In this document: piece by piece, positions 21,120 to 31,779 of the stretch
Layout: every line of letters starts with the position of its first letter
Position numbering within the stretch: position 1 is the stretch's first letter
Assembly: GCA_937967455.1 (NCBI GenBank)
Contig: CALCJK010000009.1
Location: 49,116-113,115 of the forward strand
DNA: 64,000 nucleotides
Reading direction: 5' to 3'
Source of the DNA: an uncultured bacterium
GTDB lineage: Bacteria; Bacteroidota; Ignavibacteria; UBA10030; BY39
The notes under the pieces: generated by a model
The model's input: only the letters and a program-made list of their open reading frames with translations
Database searches by the model: none
What the model was told of the DNA's origin: nothing
Position numbers and translations under genes: made by a program

Positions 21120-22397
21120 ATGGCAAAGATAGAAGTAATAATGCCTCAATTAGGCGAATCTTTAACTGAAGGTACTATAGTGAAATGGTATAAGAAAGTT
21201 GGTGATCCCATAAAGAAAGATGAAACACTATTAGAAATAAGCACAGATAAGGTTGATTCTGAAATCCCATCTCCTGCTACTGGTATTGTGACAAAAATTT
21301 TATTTAATGAACAGGACACAGTGCCAATTAAAACTGTAATTGCAGAAATTGAAACCGAAGGTGAAGCAAAAATTGAACCTGAATTACCTTCCCCTGAATT
21401 GGAGAAAAAAGTAGAGCCAACCTCACAAATAACAAAAATAGATAAAGTCGAAAAACCTCAAACTGCTCGCTTTTACTCTCCACTTGTTTTAAATATTGCT
21501 AGACAGGAAGGAATTAGTATGGAAGAACTGGAAAAAATCCCTGGCACTGGTATAGGAGGTAGAGTCAGTAAGAAAGATATTCAAAATTATCTGCGAAATA
21601 GGCAAACTAAAACTATTACTACAGAAGAAGCAAAGCCAACAATATCTAAAATTGAGACTACAATGAAGGTCGTTGATACTGGAGATTTAGCAGCTAAGTA
21701 TCCACCACCTAAATATGAGATTCTTCAAATGTCAAATATCTTGCAAAAAATGGCTGAACATATGGTTAAAAGTGTTGCAGTCTCACCCCATGTTCAGGCA
21801 ATATCTGATTGTGACATGACCAGTATTGTGAATTATAGAGAGAAATTTGCTGAAGAATTTGAGAGGAATGAAGGTTTTAAATTAACTTATACACCATTCA
21901 TTGCTCATGCAATTGTAAAAGCTTTAAAAGAATTTCCACTGGTAAATAGTTCAATTGAGGGTGATAAGATTATAGTCAAGAAGTTTATAAATCTTGGAAT
22001 GGCTGTAGCTTCGGATCAAGGACTAATAGTTCCGGTTATAAAAAATGCAGATGAAAAAAATTTTATTGGATTAGCACGCGCAATAAATGATCTTGCTGTA
22101 AGAACACGGAATCGGAGATTAAATCCAGCGGATATTGAAGGTGCCACTTTTACATTCACTAATTATGGAGTATTTGGGAACATTATTGGCATTCCAATAA
22201 TCAACCAACCAAATGTTGCGATTCTTGGGATTGGTGCAATTAAAAAACAGCCAGTTGTTTTAAATGATGCAATCGCAATACGATCAATTTCTTATCTAAC
22301 ATTATCTTTTGATCATAGAATTATAGATGGTGCACTTGGTGGAATGTTTTTAGAAAGAGTTGTTAAGTATCTGGAAGAATTCAAAGAATTTGAATGA
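21120..22397 (+). CDS. Dihydrolipoamide acyltransferase (E2)
   Basis: Lipoyl domain STDKVD, E3-binding SPLV..GGRVSKKD, catalytic DHRIIDG. Confidence 0.94.
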   Translation: MAKIEVIMPQLGESLTEGTIVKWYKKVGDPIKKDETLLEISTDKVDSEIPSPATGIVTKILFNEQDTVPIKTVIAEIETEGEAKIEPELPSPELEKKVEPTSQITKIDKVEKPQTARFYSPLVLNIARQEGISMEELEKIPGTGIGGRVSKKDIQNYLRNRQTKTITTEEAKPTISKIETTMKVVDTGDLAAKYPPPKYEILQMSNILQKMAEHMVKSVAVSPHVQAISDCDMTSIVNYREKFAEEFERNEGFKLTYTPFIAHAIVKALKEFPLVNSSIEGDKIIVKKFINLGMAVASDQGLIVPVIKNADEKNFIGLARAINDLAVRTRNRRLNPADIEGATFTFTNYGVFGNIIGIPIINQPNVAILGIGAIKKQPVVLNDAIAIRSISYLTLSFDHRIIDGALGGMFLERVVKYLEEFKEFE

Positions 22398-22406
22398 GGA
22401 GAGAAT

Positions 22407-23279
22407 TTGTATAAAGAAACAAATAAAATAAAACGGCCTGATTGGTTAAAGGTACGAATACCACAGGGTCAAAATTTTAGTGGAATAAAAACTATAATTG
22501 AAAAACATAAACTGCATACAGTTTGTTCAGAGGCTAGATGCCCAAACATTGGTGAATGCTGGGATAGTGGTACAGCAACTTTTATGATATTAGGTGATAT
22601 CTGCACAAGAAGTTGTGGATTTTGTGCTGTCAAAACTGGAATGCCAAAAGAAGTTGATGCTCAGGAACCATTAAGAGTTGCAGAAGCTGTTAAAATGATG
22701 AAAATTAAATATGCTGTCGTAACTTCTGTAAATAGAGATGAACTTTTTGATGGAGGTGCAACAATTTTCGCCGAGACAGTTAGACAAATTAGAAATTTAA
22801 ATCCGGATTGTAAAATAGAAGTACTAATACCTGATTTCAAAGGTGATGAATTAGCACTAAATATTTTACTCGATTCATTTCCAGATGTTTTAAATCATAA
22901 TATTGAAACTGTACCACGACTGTATCCTATCGTTAGGCCACAGGCAAAATATGAACGATCATTGCAATTACTAACTCGTGCTAAAAAAAGGGGATTCCTC
23001 ACAAAATCTGGATTAATGGTAGGTCTTGGTGAAAATGATGAAGAAATAATAGATGTTTTGAAAGATTTGAAAAATGCTGGTTGTGATATAGTTACAATTG
23101 GTCAGTACCTTCAACCTACAAAAGAACATTTACCCGTAAAAAGATTTGTCGACCCTGACCAATTTAAAAAATATGAGGAGTTTGGTATAAGTTTAGGATT
23201 TTTGCAAATAGAATCTGGACCATTAGTGCGGTCTTCATACCATGCTGAAAAAGTTATACTAAAAAGTGGAAAATGTTGA
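22407..23279 (+). CDS. lipA: Lipoyl synthase
   Basis: CSEARCPNIGEC, CTRSCGFC, VRSSY; TTG start after GAGGAG. Confidence 0.96.
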   Translation: MYKETNKIKRPDWLKVRIPQGQNFSGIKTIIEKHKLHTVCSEARCPNIGECWDSGTATFMILGDICTRSCGFCAVKTGMPKEVDAQEPLRVAEAVKMMKIKYAVVTSVNRDELFDGGATIFAETVRQIRNLNPDCKIEVLIPDFKGDELALNILLDSFPDVLNHNIETVPRLYPIVRPQAKYERSLQLLTRAKKRGFLTKSGLMVGLGENDEEIIDVLKDLKNAGCDIVTIGQYLQPTKEHLPVKRFVDPDQFKKYEEFGISLGFLQIESGPLVRSSYHAEKVILKSGKC

Positions 23280-23304
23280 CAATTATAAAAAATTTTACTA
23301 AATT
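23276..23304 (+). promoter_or_regulatory. Sigma70 promoter of rplM-rpsI
   Basis: TTGACA-17 bp-TAAATT overlapping the lipA stop. Confidence 0.6.
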
Positions 23305-23359
23305 TAATATCTAAAAAAATAAAATTTGTAAAATTTGCTCATTATTGGAGAATTTTAAA

Positions 23360-23803
23360 GTGAGTTTAAACGAAAAATTAACATATTTCTTCAAGAAAGA
23401 AGAAATACAAAAAAAATGGTATTTGGTTGATGCTGAAGGTAAAACTCTTGGTCGATTGGCATCCCGTGTTGCTCATATTCTAAGAGGTAAACATAAACCT
23501 GAATTTACACCAAATGCGGATCTGGGTGATTTTGTGATAATAGTGAATGCTGAGAAAGTAAAGCTCACAGGTAAACGTGCTGAGCAAAAGCAGTATTTTC
23601 ATTACACAGGTTATCCTGGAGGTGCAACTTTTGAATCCTTTAAAGAACTAATAAAAACTAAACCTGAAAAGGTTATAATACATGCTGTTAAAGGTATGAT
23701 ACCGCATAACAGATTGGGAAGAAGAATTATACAAAAATTAAAAGTATATGCTGGACCTAATCACCCACATTCAGCTCAAAAACCAGAGAAATTGAATATA
23801 TAA
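23360..23803 (+). CDS. rplM: 50S ribosomal protein L13
   Basis: WYLVDA..LGRLAS, GKHKP, HSAQKP; GTG 23360 after GGAG chosen as start. Confidence 0.97.
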   Translation: MSLNEKLTYFFKKEEIQKKWYLVDAEGKTLGRLASRVAHILRGKHKPEFTPNADLGDFVIIVNAEKVKLTGKRAEQKQYFHYTGYPGGATFESFKELIKTKPEKVIIHAVKGMIPHNRLGRRIIQKLKVYAGPNHPHSAQKPEKLNI

Positions 23804-23813
23804 GGAATTTTAA

Positions 23814-24200
23814 ATGCATAATATAATAACAGTTGGAAGACGAAAGACAGCAGTCGCTCGAGTTGTACTTAAGAGTGGTAATGGAGAGATTACAGTCAAT
23901 AATAAGCCACTTGATCAGTATTTTAAAATTGAAACTTATAGAAATGAAATTCTTTTACCATTAACTCTAACTGAAACACTTGGAAAATATGACATCAATG
24001 CAATCATTGAAGGTGGTGGTCCTACCGGACAAGCTGGTGCTTTGAAGTTAGGTATTGCACGCGCACTTGTCGCAGTTAATGAGGAACTAAGAAACACACT
24101 TCGTAATGCTGGCTTATTGACTCGTGATCCTAGAATGGTAGAGAGAAAGAAATACGGTCAGAAAAAAGCTCGTAAACGCTTCCAATTTTCGAAAAGATAA
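23814..24200 (+). CDS. rpsI: 30S ribosomal protein S9
   Basis: [20 protein letters not shown]. Confidence 0.98.
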   Translation: MHNIITVGRRKTAVARVVLKSGNGEITVNNKPLDQYFKIETYRNEILLPLTLTETLGKYDINAIIEGGGPTGQAGALKLGIARALVAVNEELRNTLRNAGLLTRDPRMVERKKYGQKKARKRFQFSKR

Positions 24201-24216
24201 TTTTTTAAATCAAGCA

Positions 24217-24285
24217 TATCGCTGGATTTTTTGGAGTGTGTCCAGACTTTTAAAGTCAGGATCTCCAGGAAAGATGAAGGCGATA
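24217..24285 (+). promoter_or_regulatory. Structured rpsB leader (probable S2 autoregulatory element)
   Basis: TATCGC/GCGATA closing pair, inner TTTTGGAG/CTCCAGGA and GACTT/AAGTC stems, directly upstream of rpsB. Confidence 0.5.
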
Positions 24286-24319
24286 GAAGTATAACAAAAA
24301 AAAGGAGTAATAATAAAAT

Positions 24320-25078
24320 ATGCCTCGTGTTGAATTAAGTGATTTACTAAACGCAGGTGCCCATTTTGGACATCTGACTCACCGATGGAATCCCAAAATG
24401 AAACCATTTATATTTATGGAAAAAAACGGGATTCACATAATCGATCTCAAAAAAACTCAGCAACTAATTGAAGAAGCTGGTAATGCTCTTGCTAAACTTG
24501 TTTCAGAAGGTAAGAGAGTTTTATTTGTAGGTACCAAAAAGCAAGCTAAGGATGTTATTCGCGAAGAAGCAGAAAGATGTGGTCAATTTTATGTAACAGA
24601 GCGCTGGTTAGGTGGAATGTTAACAAATTTCACTACTATTAGAAAAAGTGTGAAAAGACTGAATAATATCGAAAAAATGGAAACGGATGGTACTTTCGAT
24701 AAACTAACTAAAAAAGAAGTTTTACATATTCAAAGAGAAAAAGAAAGATTACAGAAGGTACTGTATGGTGTTGCCAATATGAGTCGTTTACCCGGTGCAT
24801 TGTATGTTGTGGATATAAAAAAAGAAGCAATTGCGGTATCAGAAGCAAAGAGATTACGTATACCAGTTTTCGCTATAGTTGACACAAATGTAGACCCAAC
24901 CCCAATTGATTATCCGATACCTGCAAATGATGATGCAATAAAATCAATACAATTAATAACAAGAGTCATCGCTGATGCGGTCAATGAAGGTAAAGAAATG
25001 ATATCTGCTCAAGTTGAAGGAAAAGAAATTGAAGAAAATTTAGAAATACAAGAAATAAATGAGAAGGATGAAAAATAA
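24320..25078 (+). CDS. rpsB: 30S ribosomal protein S2
   Basis: [27 protein letters not shown]. Confidence 0.98.
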   Translation: MPRVELSDLLNAGAHFGHLTHRWNPKMKPFIFMEKNGIHIIDLKKTQQLIEEAGNALAKLVSEGKRVLFVGTKKQAKDVIREEAERCGQFYVTERWLGGMLTNFTTIRKSVKRLNNIEKMETDGTFDKLTKKEVLHIQREKERLQKVLYGVANMSRLPGALYVVDIKKEAIAVSEAKRLRIPVFAIVDTNVDPTPIDYPIPANDDAIKSIQLITRVIADAVNEGKEMISAQVEGKEIEENLEIQEINEKDEK

Positions 25079-25923
25079 TGGCAGTCACAAGTGAACAAGT
25101 AAAGTTATTAAGAGAAAAAACCGGTGCCGGAATGATGGATTGCAAAAAGGCACTTGAAGAATCCAATGGAGATTTTGAAAAAGCGATTGAATATTTAAGA
25201 AAGAAAGGTGCGGCAACTGCACAAAAACGCGCAGATAAAACTACTAAAGAAGGTATTATTCTTACCAAAGTTGAAGAAGATAACACACTAGGAATTATTC
25301 TTGAAGTAAATTGTGAAACCGATTTTGTCGCCAGAAGTAAAGACTTTATTGATTTTGCCAATTCAACAATTGAATTAATAGCTGCGAAGAAGCCGGAAAA
25401 TTTAAATACTCTTCTTGATTTAAAAAATCAGGATAACAAAAGTATTTCTCAATATCTTAATGACCTGATGGCAAAAATTGGAGAAAAAATAGAGCTCAGG
25501 AGATTTAAAATTCTAAAAACTGCCAGTGGTTACATATCATCTTATACTCATATGGGAAGTAAAATAGGTGTACTTGTCGAGTTTGAAGGCGATGTTCAAA
25601 AAGCTAATATTGTGGGTAGAGATATTGCTATGCAGATTGCAGCCATGAATCCACAATTTATTTCTCGTGATCAAGTACCAAAAGAAATCATTGAGAGGGA
25701 ACTTGAAATCTATAAAACGCAAGCTCGCAATGAAGGAAAACCTGAACAAGTTCTTGATAAAATTGCAACTGGAAGATTGGAAAAATTTTTCCAAGAAATG
25801 TGTCTCTATGAGCAAGTTTTTATAAAAGATGCAGGTAAAACAATTAAAGATATAATCGTTGAAACCGGCGGAAATCTTAAATTAAAGCAGTTTGAAAGAT
25901 ATCAACTCGGTGAAATTAAATGA
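25078..25923 (+). CDS. tsf: Elongation factor Ts
   Basis: LREKTGAGMMDCKKAL, NCETDFVA. Confidence 0.98.
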   Translation: MAVTSEQVKLLREKTGAGMMDCKKALEESNGDFEKAIEYLRKKGAATAQKRADKTTKEGIILTKVEEDNTLGIILEVNCETDFVARSKDFIDFANSTIELIAAKKPENLNTLLDLKNQDNKSISQYLNDLMAKIGEKIELRRFKILKTASGYISSYTHMGSKIGVLVEFEGDVQKANIVGRDIAMQIAAMNPQFISRDQVPKEIIERELEIYKTQARNEGKPEQVLDKIATGRLEKFFQEMCLYEQVFIKDAGKTIKDIIVETGGNLKLKQFERYQLGEIK

Positions 25924-25930
25924 TCTAGTA

Positions 25931-25958
25931 GGTCCGCATTAAAAGCGGACTTTTTTTT
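25931..25958 (+). terminator. Intrinsic terminator after tsf
   Basis: GTCCGC-loop-GCGGAC followed by T8. Confidence 0.8.
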
Positions 25959-25963
25959 AACAT

Positions 25964-26698
25964 ATGAAAAAGGGAAAAAGTGTGAAACCAAAATATAAGC
26001 GAATCCTACTAAAACTAAGCGGTGAATCTCTAATGGGGAATAAAGAATTCGGGATAGATCCAGAAATGCTCAAACAGTATGCTACCGAGATAAAAAGTAT
26101 TAAAGAACTGGGTGTTGAAATTGGTATTGTAATTGGCGGAGGTAATATATATAGAGGTGTAGGGAATTCCTCTGATGGTATAGACAAAGTAACCGGTGAC
26201 CAGATGGGGATGTTAGCTACAATCATTAACGCATTAGCATTGCAAAGTGCATTGGAACATATTGGAATTTATACCAGACTTTTAAGTGCAATAAAAATGG
26301 AACAAATAGCTGAACCATTTATTCGCAGAAGAGCAATACGGCATTTGGAAAAAGGTAGGGTTGTAATTTTTGGTGCTGGGACAGGAAATCCTTATTTTAC
26401 AACAGATACAGCAGCAGCACTCAGAGCTATAGAAATTCAAGCGGATGTGATCCTTAAAGGAACAAGAGTCGCAGGTGTTTTTGATTCCGATCCTGAAAAA
26501 AATCCAAATGCAATTAAATTTCCTGAAATTTCATATCTTGATGTGATTAATAAAGAACTTAGAGTTATGGACTTAACTGCAATTACTCTTTGCCGAGAGA
26601 ACGATCTACCTATAATAGTTTTTGATATGAATACACCTGGAAATTTAAAAAAACTTATATTAGGTGAAAAAATTGGAACATTAGTACAAAATCTTTAA
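25964..26698 (+). CDS. pyrH: UMP kinase
   Basis: [23 protein letters not shown]; start may be GTG 25982. Confidence 0.97.
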   Translation: MKKGKSVKPKYKRILLKLSGESLMGNKEFGIDPEMLKQYATEIKSIKELGVEIGIVIGGGNIYRGVGNSSDGIDKVTGDQMGMLATIINALALQSALEHIGIYTRLLSAIKMEQIAEPFIRRRAIRHLEKGRVVIFGAGTGNPYFTTDTAAALRAIEIQADVILKGTRVAGVFDSDPEKNPNAIKFPEISYLDVINKELRVMDLTAITLCRENDLPIIVFDMNTPGNLKKLILGEKIGTLVQNL

Positions 26699-26727
26699 TT
26701 AATTTTTATAAATAAATTTGAGGTATT

Positions 26728-27285
26728 ATGGTTAAAGAAATTTTGAAAGAAACTGAACACAAAATGAAAAAAGCTGTTGAAGTTGTTAGACAAGAATTTG
26801 TGAAAATCCGGACTGGTAAAGCTACAACAGCATTGTTAGATGGAATAAAAGTGGAGTATTATGGTTCAATGATGCCATTGAATCAGGTTGCAACTGTAAG
26901 CACTCCCGATATTCGACTCATTACTGTAACACCATGGGATAAAGCGATGATTTCACCAATAGAAAAAGCAATCCTTGCAGCTAATCTTGGATTAAATCCA
27001 ACCAATGACGGTACCATAATAAAGGTCCCAATACCACCTTTAAATGAAGAGCGGAGAAGAGATTTAGTAAAACTGGTCAAAAAATTTGCTGAAGAAGGGA
27101 AAATTGCCCTCAGGAATGTTAGACGTGATGCGATTGAACATCTAAAAAAATCCGAAAAGGAAGAACACTTTTCAGAAGATGAACGTAAAAGGGGAGAAGA
27201 TGAAATTCAAAAATTAGTTGAAAAGTATATTAAAGAAATTGATTCTCTCGTTACTCTAAAAGAAAAAGAAATAATGGAAGTATAA
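26728..27285 (+). CDS. frr: Ribosome recycling factor
   Basis: IRTGKA, PPLNEERR, RNVRRD. Confidence 0.97.
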   Translation: MVKEILKETEHKMKKAVEVVRQEFVKIRTGKATTALLDGIKVEYYGSMMPLNQVATVSTPDIRLITVTPWDKAMISPIEKAILAANLGLNPTNDGTIIKVPIPPLNEERRRDLVKLVKKFAEEGKIALRNVRRDAIEHLKKSEKEEHFSEDERKRGEDEIQKLVEKYIKEIDSLVTLKEKEIMEV

Positions 27286-27308
27286 ATCATTATTTTGTAA
27301 TGACTTTT

Positions 27309-27343
27309 AGCCATAACAATGAAATGTTATGGCTTTTTATTTT
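27309..27343 (+). terminator. Intrinsic terminator after frr
   Basis: AGCCATAACA/TGTTATGGCT stem plus T-rich tail. Confidence 0.75.
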
Positions 27344-27407
27344 GTAATGAAACAGTATATAAGATTTATCGTACAGTTGATTAAAAGATTAAGAATAGAG
27401 AAGTTAT

Positions 27408-28085
27408 ATGGAAAATAATGAAATTAAAAAATTGTATAGATCCTTAGCTGACAGATGGATTGCCGGTGTATGCGGAGGAATTGCGGAATACTTAAATATT
27501 GATTCAATAATTGTTAGATTACTTTTTATCTTGCTAATCTTAATAGGTGGAACTGGAATTTTATTCTACCTCCTTGCTTGGATTATGATACCTGTTAATC
27601 CTTTCCAAACAAAAAATAACACTGAGCAGAATAAATCAAAGTTGTGGGGAATAATCATATTAGTAATTGGTATTTTCTTATTGCTGAAGAACTTGGGGCT
27701 AATTCCAATATATGAGTTTTTTGATTGGTGGGATTTTATGTCTTGGGGAACATTGATCTCGATTGTATTTATAATTATAGGCATATTTCTAATTATTAAC
27801 CAGGTTATGAATCCAAAAGTGAATGACAGACCAGAATTTGAAGCTGAAAACATTCCAACTAAAGAAATACCAATGAAGAGAAAGATTTTGCATAAATCTC
27901 GAAAAGATAAAAAAATTTCAGGGGTTTGTGCTGGTATAGCAGAATATTTAGAAATTGACGTAACTATAATTCGATTGATATTTGTATTGATCACACTCAG
28001 TTCATTTGGTTTAGGCATATTTTTATATATAATACTAGCGATTGTGATGCCACAAGAAAAAGATAATTTACAAAGGAGTTCCTGA
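27408..28085 (+). CDS. Membrane protein with two PspC domains flanking a LiaF/DUF5668-like TM pair
   Basis: LYRS..IAGVCGGIAEYL at N-terminus and KISGVCAGIAEYL at C-terminus. Confidence 0.88.
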   Translation: MENNEIKKLYRSLADRWIAGVCGGIAEYLNIDSIIVRLLFILLILIGGTGILFYLLAWIMIPVNPFQTKNNTEQNKSKLWGIIILVIGIFLLLKNLGLIPIYEFFDWWDFMSWGTLISIVFIIIGIFLIINQVMNPKVNDRPEFEAENIPTKEIPMKRKILHKSRKDKKISGVCAGIAEYLEIDVTIIRLIFVLITLSSFGLGIFLYIILAIVMPQEKDNLQRSS

Positions 28086-28604
28086 ATGACTAATGAAATT
28101 AAAAAGCCAATACCATGGACAGGTATTATACTTATAATTCTGGGATTGACTTTACTTTTGAACCGTACAAATGTGATTGATGTACATTTTTCTCAAATAA
28201 TTTGGGGTGCCTTGATTTTGTTTGGCTTTGTTAATACAATGCGTGGATATAAATATAACCAAAAAGGGAAGATTTTTTGGGGAACAGTAATTTTCCTTTT
28301 TTCCTTATATTTTTTATTGAATACAATTGAGCTATTTGAATTTCGTCATCGAGTATTTATACCCGCAGTTTTTTTAATCTTTGGTTTTGCCTTTTTAACA
28401 ACATATATCAATAATCTCAAGGATATAATGTTACTTATACTCAGTGTTATGTTGATCTCATCTGGTTTTTTTCTAATCTTGGAAGATTTTGGTTATTTCG
28501 ATTTTTTTGATGTCAGATCAATTATCAAAACTTATTGGCCTATTTTACTTATAATTCTGGGATTAGGGATGTTGTTTAAAGCAAAGAAACACCAAGACTA
28601 TTAA
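28086..28604 (+). CDS. LiaF/DUF5668-like membrane protein
   Basis: WTGIILIILG..., YWPILLIILG; coupled to the PspC gene. Confidence 0.7.
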   Translation: MTNEIKKPIPWTGIILIILGLTLLLNRTNVIDVHFSQIIWGALILFGFVNTMRGYKYNQKGKIFWGTVIFLFSLYFLLNTIELFEFRHRVFIPAVFLIFGFAFLTTYINNLKDIMLLILSVMLISSGFFLILEDFGYFDFFDVRSIIKTYWPILLIILGLGMLFKAKKHQDY

Positions 28605-31384
28605 TGTGCTTCGTACCAATTATTTCCAACTCCAACTTCTACATCGATAGGAAGGCTTAACTTAATAGAATTCTTCATTTTATCAATTATTATTTCTTTT
28701 GCTTGATTTATATAGTCACTTCTTGATTCAAATATTAACTCATCGTGCACCTGTAATAACATTCTTATTGGTTTATCTTTGATTTCATTGTAAATTTCTA
28801 TCATTGCTAATTTAATCATATCTGCGGCAGTACCTTGGATTGGCATATTTATCGCTTGGCGTTCAGCATTACTGCGAACGGTTTTATTCTGACTGTTGAT
28901 TTCAGGTATGTATCGCCGTCTACCAAATAAAGTTTCTACATACCCAGTTTTACGTGCAAAATTTATTGTATCATCCATATACTTTTTTACACTTGGAAAT
29001 CTAGTATGGTATTTACTTATAATTTCTTTAGCTTCTTCATTAGCAATGCCTAATCGAGTGGCTAAACCGTATGCACCTAAACCATACATAATTCCAAAAT
29101 TAATTTCTTTAGCTTTTCTTCTGAGTTCTTGCTGCAATGCTTTCGGAAGAGCACTATATTCTTCTATTGTATATCCAAATACTTTGGCTGCTGTACTTGA
29201 ATGAATGTCTTCACCATTTATAAAAGCCTCTCTTAAACCAGGATCGCCTGATATATGTGCCATTATCCTGAGTTCGATTTGTGAATAATCTGCTGATATA
29301 ATTTTCCAATTGGAACTTTCGGCAATAAAAGCTTTCCTGATTTCTCTTCCCAATTCTGTTCTTATCGGTATGTTCTGTAAATTCGGATTACTGCTTGACA
29401 ATCTACCTGTTGAAGTTATCGTCTGGTTGAATGAAGTGTGAACACGTCCAGTTTTGGGGTTTATTAAAGCTGGAAGAGCATCTACATAGGTGGATTTTAT
29501 TTTTGAGACAGTTCTGTATTCAAGGAGTTTTTCTACTATTGGATGTTCATTTTTTAATGCTTCCAGAACATTAACATCTGTTGAATGGCCAGTTTTAGTT
29601 TTTTTAATTGGAGTTAAATTTAGTTCCTCAAATAGTATTTTACTTAATTGTTGCGTTGAATTAACATTAAATTTTTTACCTGCCAGCTGGTAAATTATTT
29701 CTAAATAGTCTGTTAGAATCGTGTTAAGTTTTTTCGATAATCTAATTAGATATTCTTTATCAAGTTTAAATCCTATGTATTCCATTTCAGCTAATACAGT
29801 GATTAAAGGAAATTCAATCTTTTCACAAAGATTTAATAAATTATCTTTTTCTAATTTTTCTTTTAAAGTAAAAAATAATCTTATTGTTATATCAGCATCC
29901 TCCGTCGAATAAAAAGCGATTCGCTCTAATGGTACTTGGGTTATATCATTTTGCTTACCAAGCATCTCTTCATATGTCATAGGCTTATAATTTAAATGTT
30001 GTATCGCCATGTCATTAAGATTATGGCTTGCATCCGGTCGTAACACATAGTTAGCTACCATTGTATCGAAAATAATTCCATTAACCTGAAAACCATGCCT
30101 TTTTAGAACAATGATATCGTATTTTACATTTTGTCCACATTTTTTAATGTCTTCAGAACTAAAAATATCATTTAAATATTCACGAACCTCGTCAATATAA
30201 AATCCATAAGTTTGTTGTGAATCGAAAGTTTGATTTTTTGTGTCAAATAGTGGCACTATATCTTCAATTTTATTTGAATTATTTTTAATTGGTAAATAAA
30301 ATCCGGATTTTGGTTGGACTGAAAAAGAAAGTCCTATTAAATTAGCATTATGTGGATCTATGCTTGTTGTTTCCGTATCGAATACGAAGAATTTAGAATT
30401 TTTGAGAATTTCACATAATAATTTTAAATCATCAAGTGTTTTGATTATTTTATAGTCAACAGGAGATTCCTCAGTTATCTTTAGTAAAATATTTTCATTC
30501 TCGATATGCTTATTTGGGATTGTAATTTTTTTTATTAAATTTTTGAAACCTAATTCAGAAAATAATTTAATAATTTTTTCTGAATTCCTTTCTCCAATTT
30601 TTAATTGTTGAATTTCAATCTTTAATGGTACATTTGTGTCAATAGTAACGAGTTTTTTTGAAAGATATGCATTATCTTTATTTTGAATTAGTTTTTCTTT
30701 TAAAAATTTCTTTTCTATTTTATCTATGTTTTTATAGATATCCTCAATTGTTCCATAATTTTTTACCAAATATTTAGCGTTTACATCACCAATACCTGGT
30801 ACACCTGGAATATTATCGGAGCTATCACCGGAGAGGCCAAGGACATCTACAACTTTATCCGGGGTTATTCCAAAATATTTTATGACTCCATTTATGTCGA
30901 TTATCTCCCATTCGTTACCTGTTCTACCTGGTTTATATATTTTTACATTTTCATCTACAAGTTGCATAAAATCCTTGTCACTTGTAACAAGATATGATTC
31001 AATATTCAAGGTTTTTGCTTTACTAGCCACTGTTCCTATAATATCATCAGCTTCATAACCGGGTATTTCGAGAATTTGCACCGAGAGAGCTTCCGTGACC
31101 TGTTTAAGACGGTCTAATTGGATAATCATATCTTCTGGTATTTTTTGGCGTGTTGCCTTGTAGGCCTTGAACATATTGTGTCTGAATGTTGGCTCAGGAC
31201 GATCAAATGCAACTGCGATGTAATCAGGTTTTTCTTCTTCCAGGATTTTTAATAAAGTGTTTGTGAAACCAAAAACAGCACCGGTTGGTTCTCCAGCAGG
31301 TGAATATAAGGGTCTTTGCTTGAAAGTGTAATATGCTCTATAAGCTATTGCATTACCGTCTATTAAAAATAATCTTTCTTTCAT
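28601..31384 (-). CDS. polA: DNA polymerase I
   Basis: 5'-3' exo (DG..YRAY, EADD), 3'-5' exo DTET, ADYSQIELR, QVHDEL. Confidence 0.98.
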   Translation of the reverse strand: MKERLFLIDGNAIAYRAYYTFKQRPLYSPAGEPTGAVFGFTNTLLKILEEEKPDYIAVAFDRPEPTFRHNMFKAYKATRQKIPEDMIIQLDRLKQVTEALSVQILEIPGYEADDIIGTVASKAKTLNIESYLVTSDKDFMQLVDENVKIYKPGRTGNEWEIIDINGVIKYFGITPDKVVDVLGLSGDSSDNIPGVPGIGDVNAKYLVKNYGTIEDIYKNIDKIEKKFLKEKLIQNKDNAYLSKKLVTIDTNVPLKIEIQQLKIGERNSEKIIKLFSELGFKNLIKKITIPNKHIENENILLKITEESPVDYKIIKTLDDLKLLCEILKNSKFFVFDTETTSIDPHNANLIGLSFSVQPKSGFYLPIKNNSNKIEDIVPLFDTKNQTFDSQQTYGFYIDEVREYLNDIFSSEDIKKCGQNVKYDIIVLKRHGFQVNGIIFDTMVANYVLRPDASHNLNDMAIQHLNYKPMTYEEMLGKQNDITQVPLERIAFYSTEDADITIRLFFTLKEKLEKDNLLNLCEKIEFPLITVLAEMEYIGFKLDKEYLIRLSKKLNTILTDYLEIIYQLAGKKFNVNSTQQLSKILFEELNLTPIKKTKTGHSTDVNVLEALKNEHPIVEKLLEYRTVSKIKSTYVDALPALINPKTGRVHTSFNQTITSTGRLSSSNPNLQNIPIRTELGREIRKAFIAESSNWKIISADYSQIELRIMAHISGDPGLREAFINGEDIHSSTAAKVFGYTIEEYSALPKALQQELRRKAKEINFGIMYGLGAYGLATRLGIANEEAKEIISKYHTRFPSVKKYMDDTINFARKTGYVETLFGRRRYIPEINSQNKTVRSNAERQAINMPIQGTAADMIKLAMIEIYNEIKDKPIRMLLQVHDELIFESRSDYINQAKEIIIDKMKNSIKLSLPIDVEVGVGNNWYEAH

Positions 31385-31477
31385 TCTAATTAAAAATTAA
31401 ACAATATATGTGATAGTTCAAAATTTGCAATTTAATAATGTTTCGGGACTTGATCTTTAGAGTAAATATTATTATAA

Positions 31478-31495
31478 TAAGACAAATTAGTCTTA
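31478..31495. promoter_or_regulatory. Putative Rrf2-type operator 1
   Basis: Palindrome TAAGAC-N6-GTCTTA beside a TATAAT. Confidence 0.55.
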
Positions 31496-31779
31496 ATATG
31501 TGTAAAAGTTTGCTGAAAAGAATTACTATTTTATCAGTATTTGTATTTTTTTATAATTAAAACAAGAATTTAGATATGGTAGTGAATTGGAAATACAATA
31601 AATACTTGCAATTGTAATTGGATGAAAATGGGGAATGGGAAACAATATGCTTAGAAGAATATTTATTCGAATAATTTTAATGTTAAACCTGCGTTTTTTA
31701 ATTTACGATAATTCTCACTAAAAATTGCTTTCAAGAAAATATGAAAATTTTAAAATGCATAGAAACAAAAAATTAAAGA

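Noticed and set aside
24210-24407. Minus-strand 65-aa ORF
   Set aside because: Antisense to rpsB and its leader
31600-31770. Possible decayed gene fragment (LDENGEWETICLEEYL)
   Set aside because: Too short and interrupted by stops to assign
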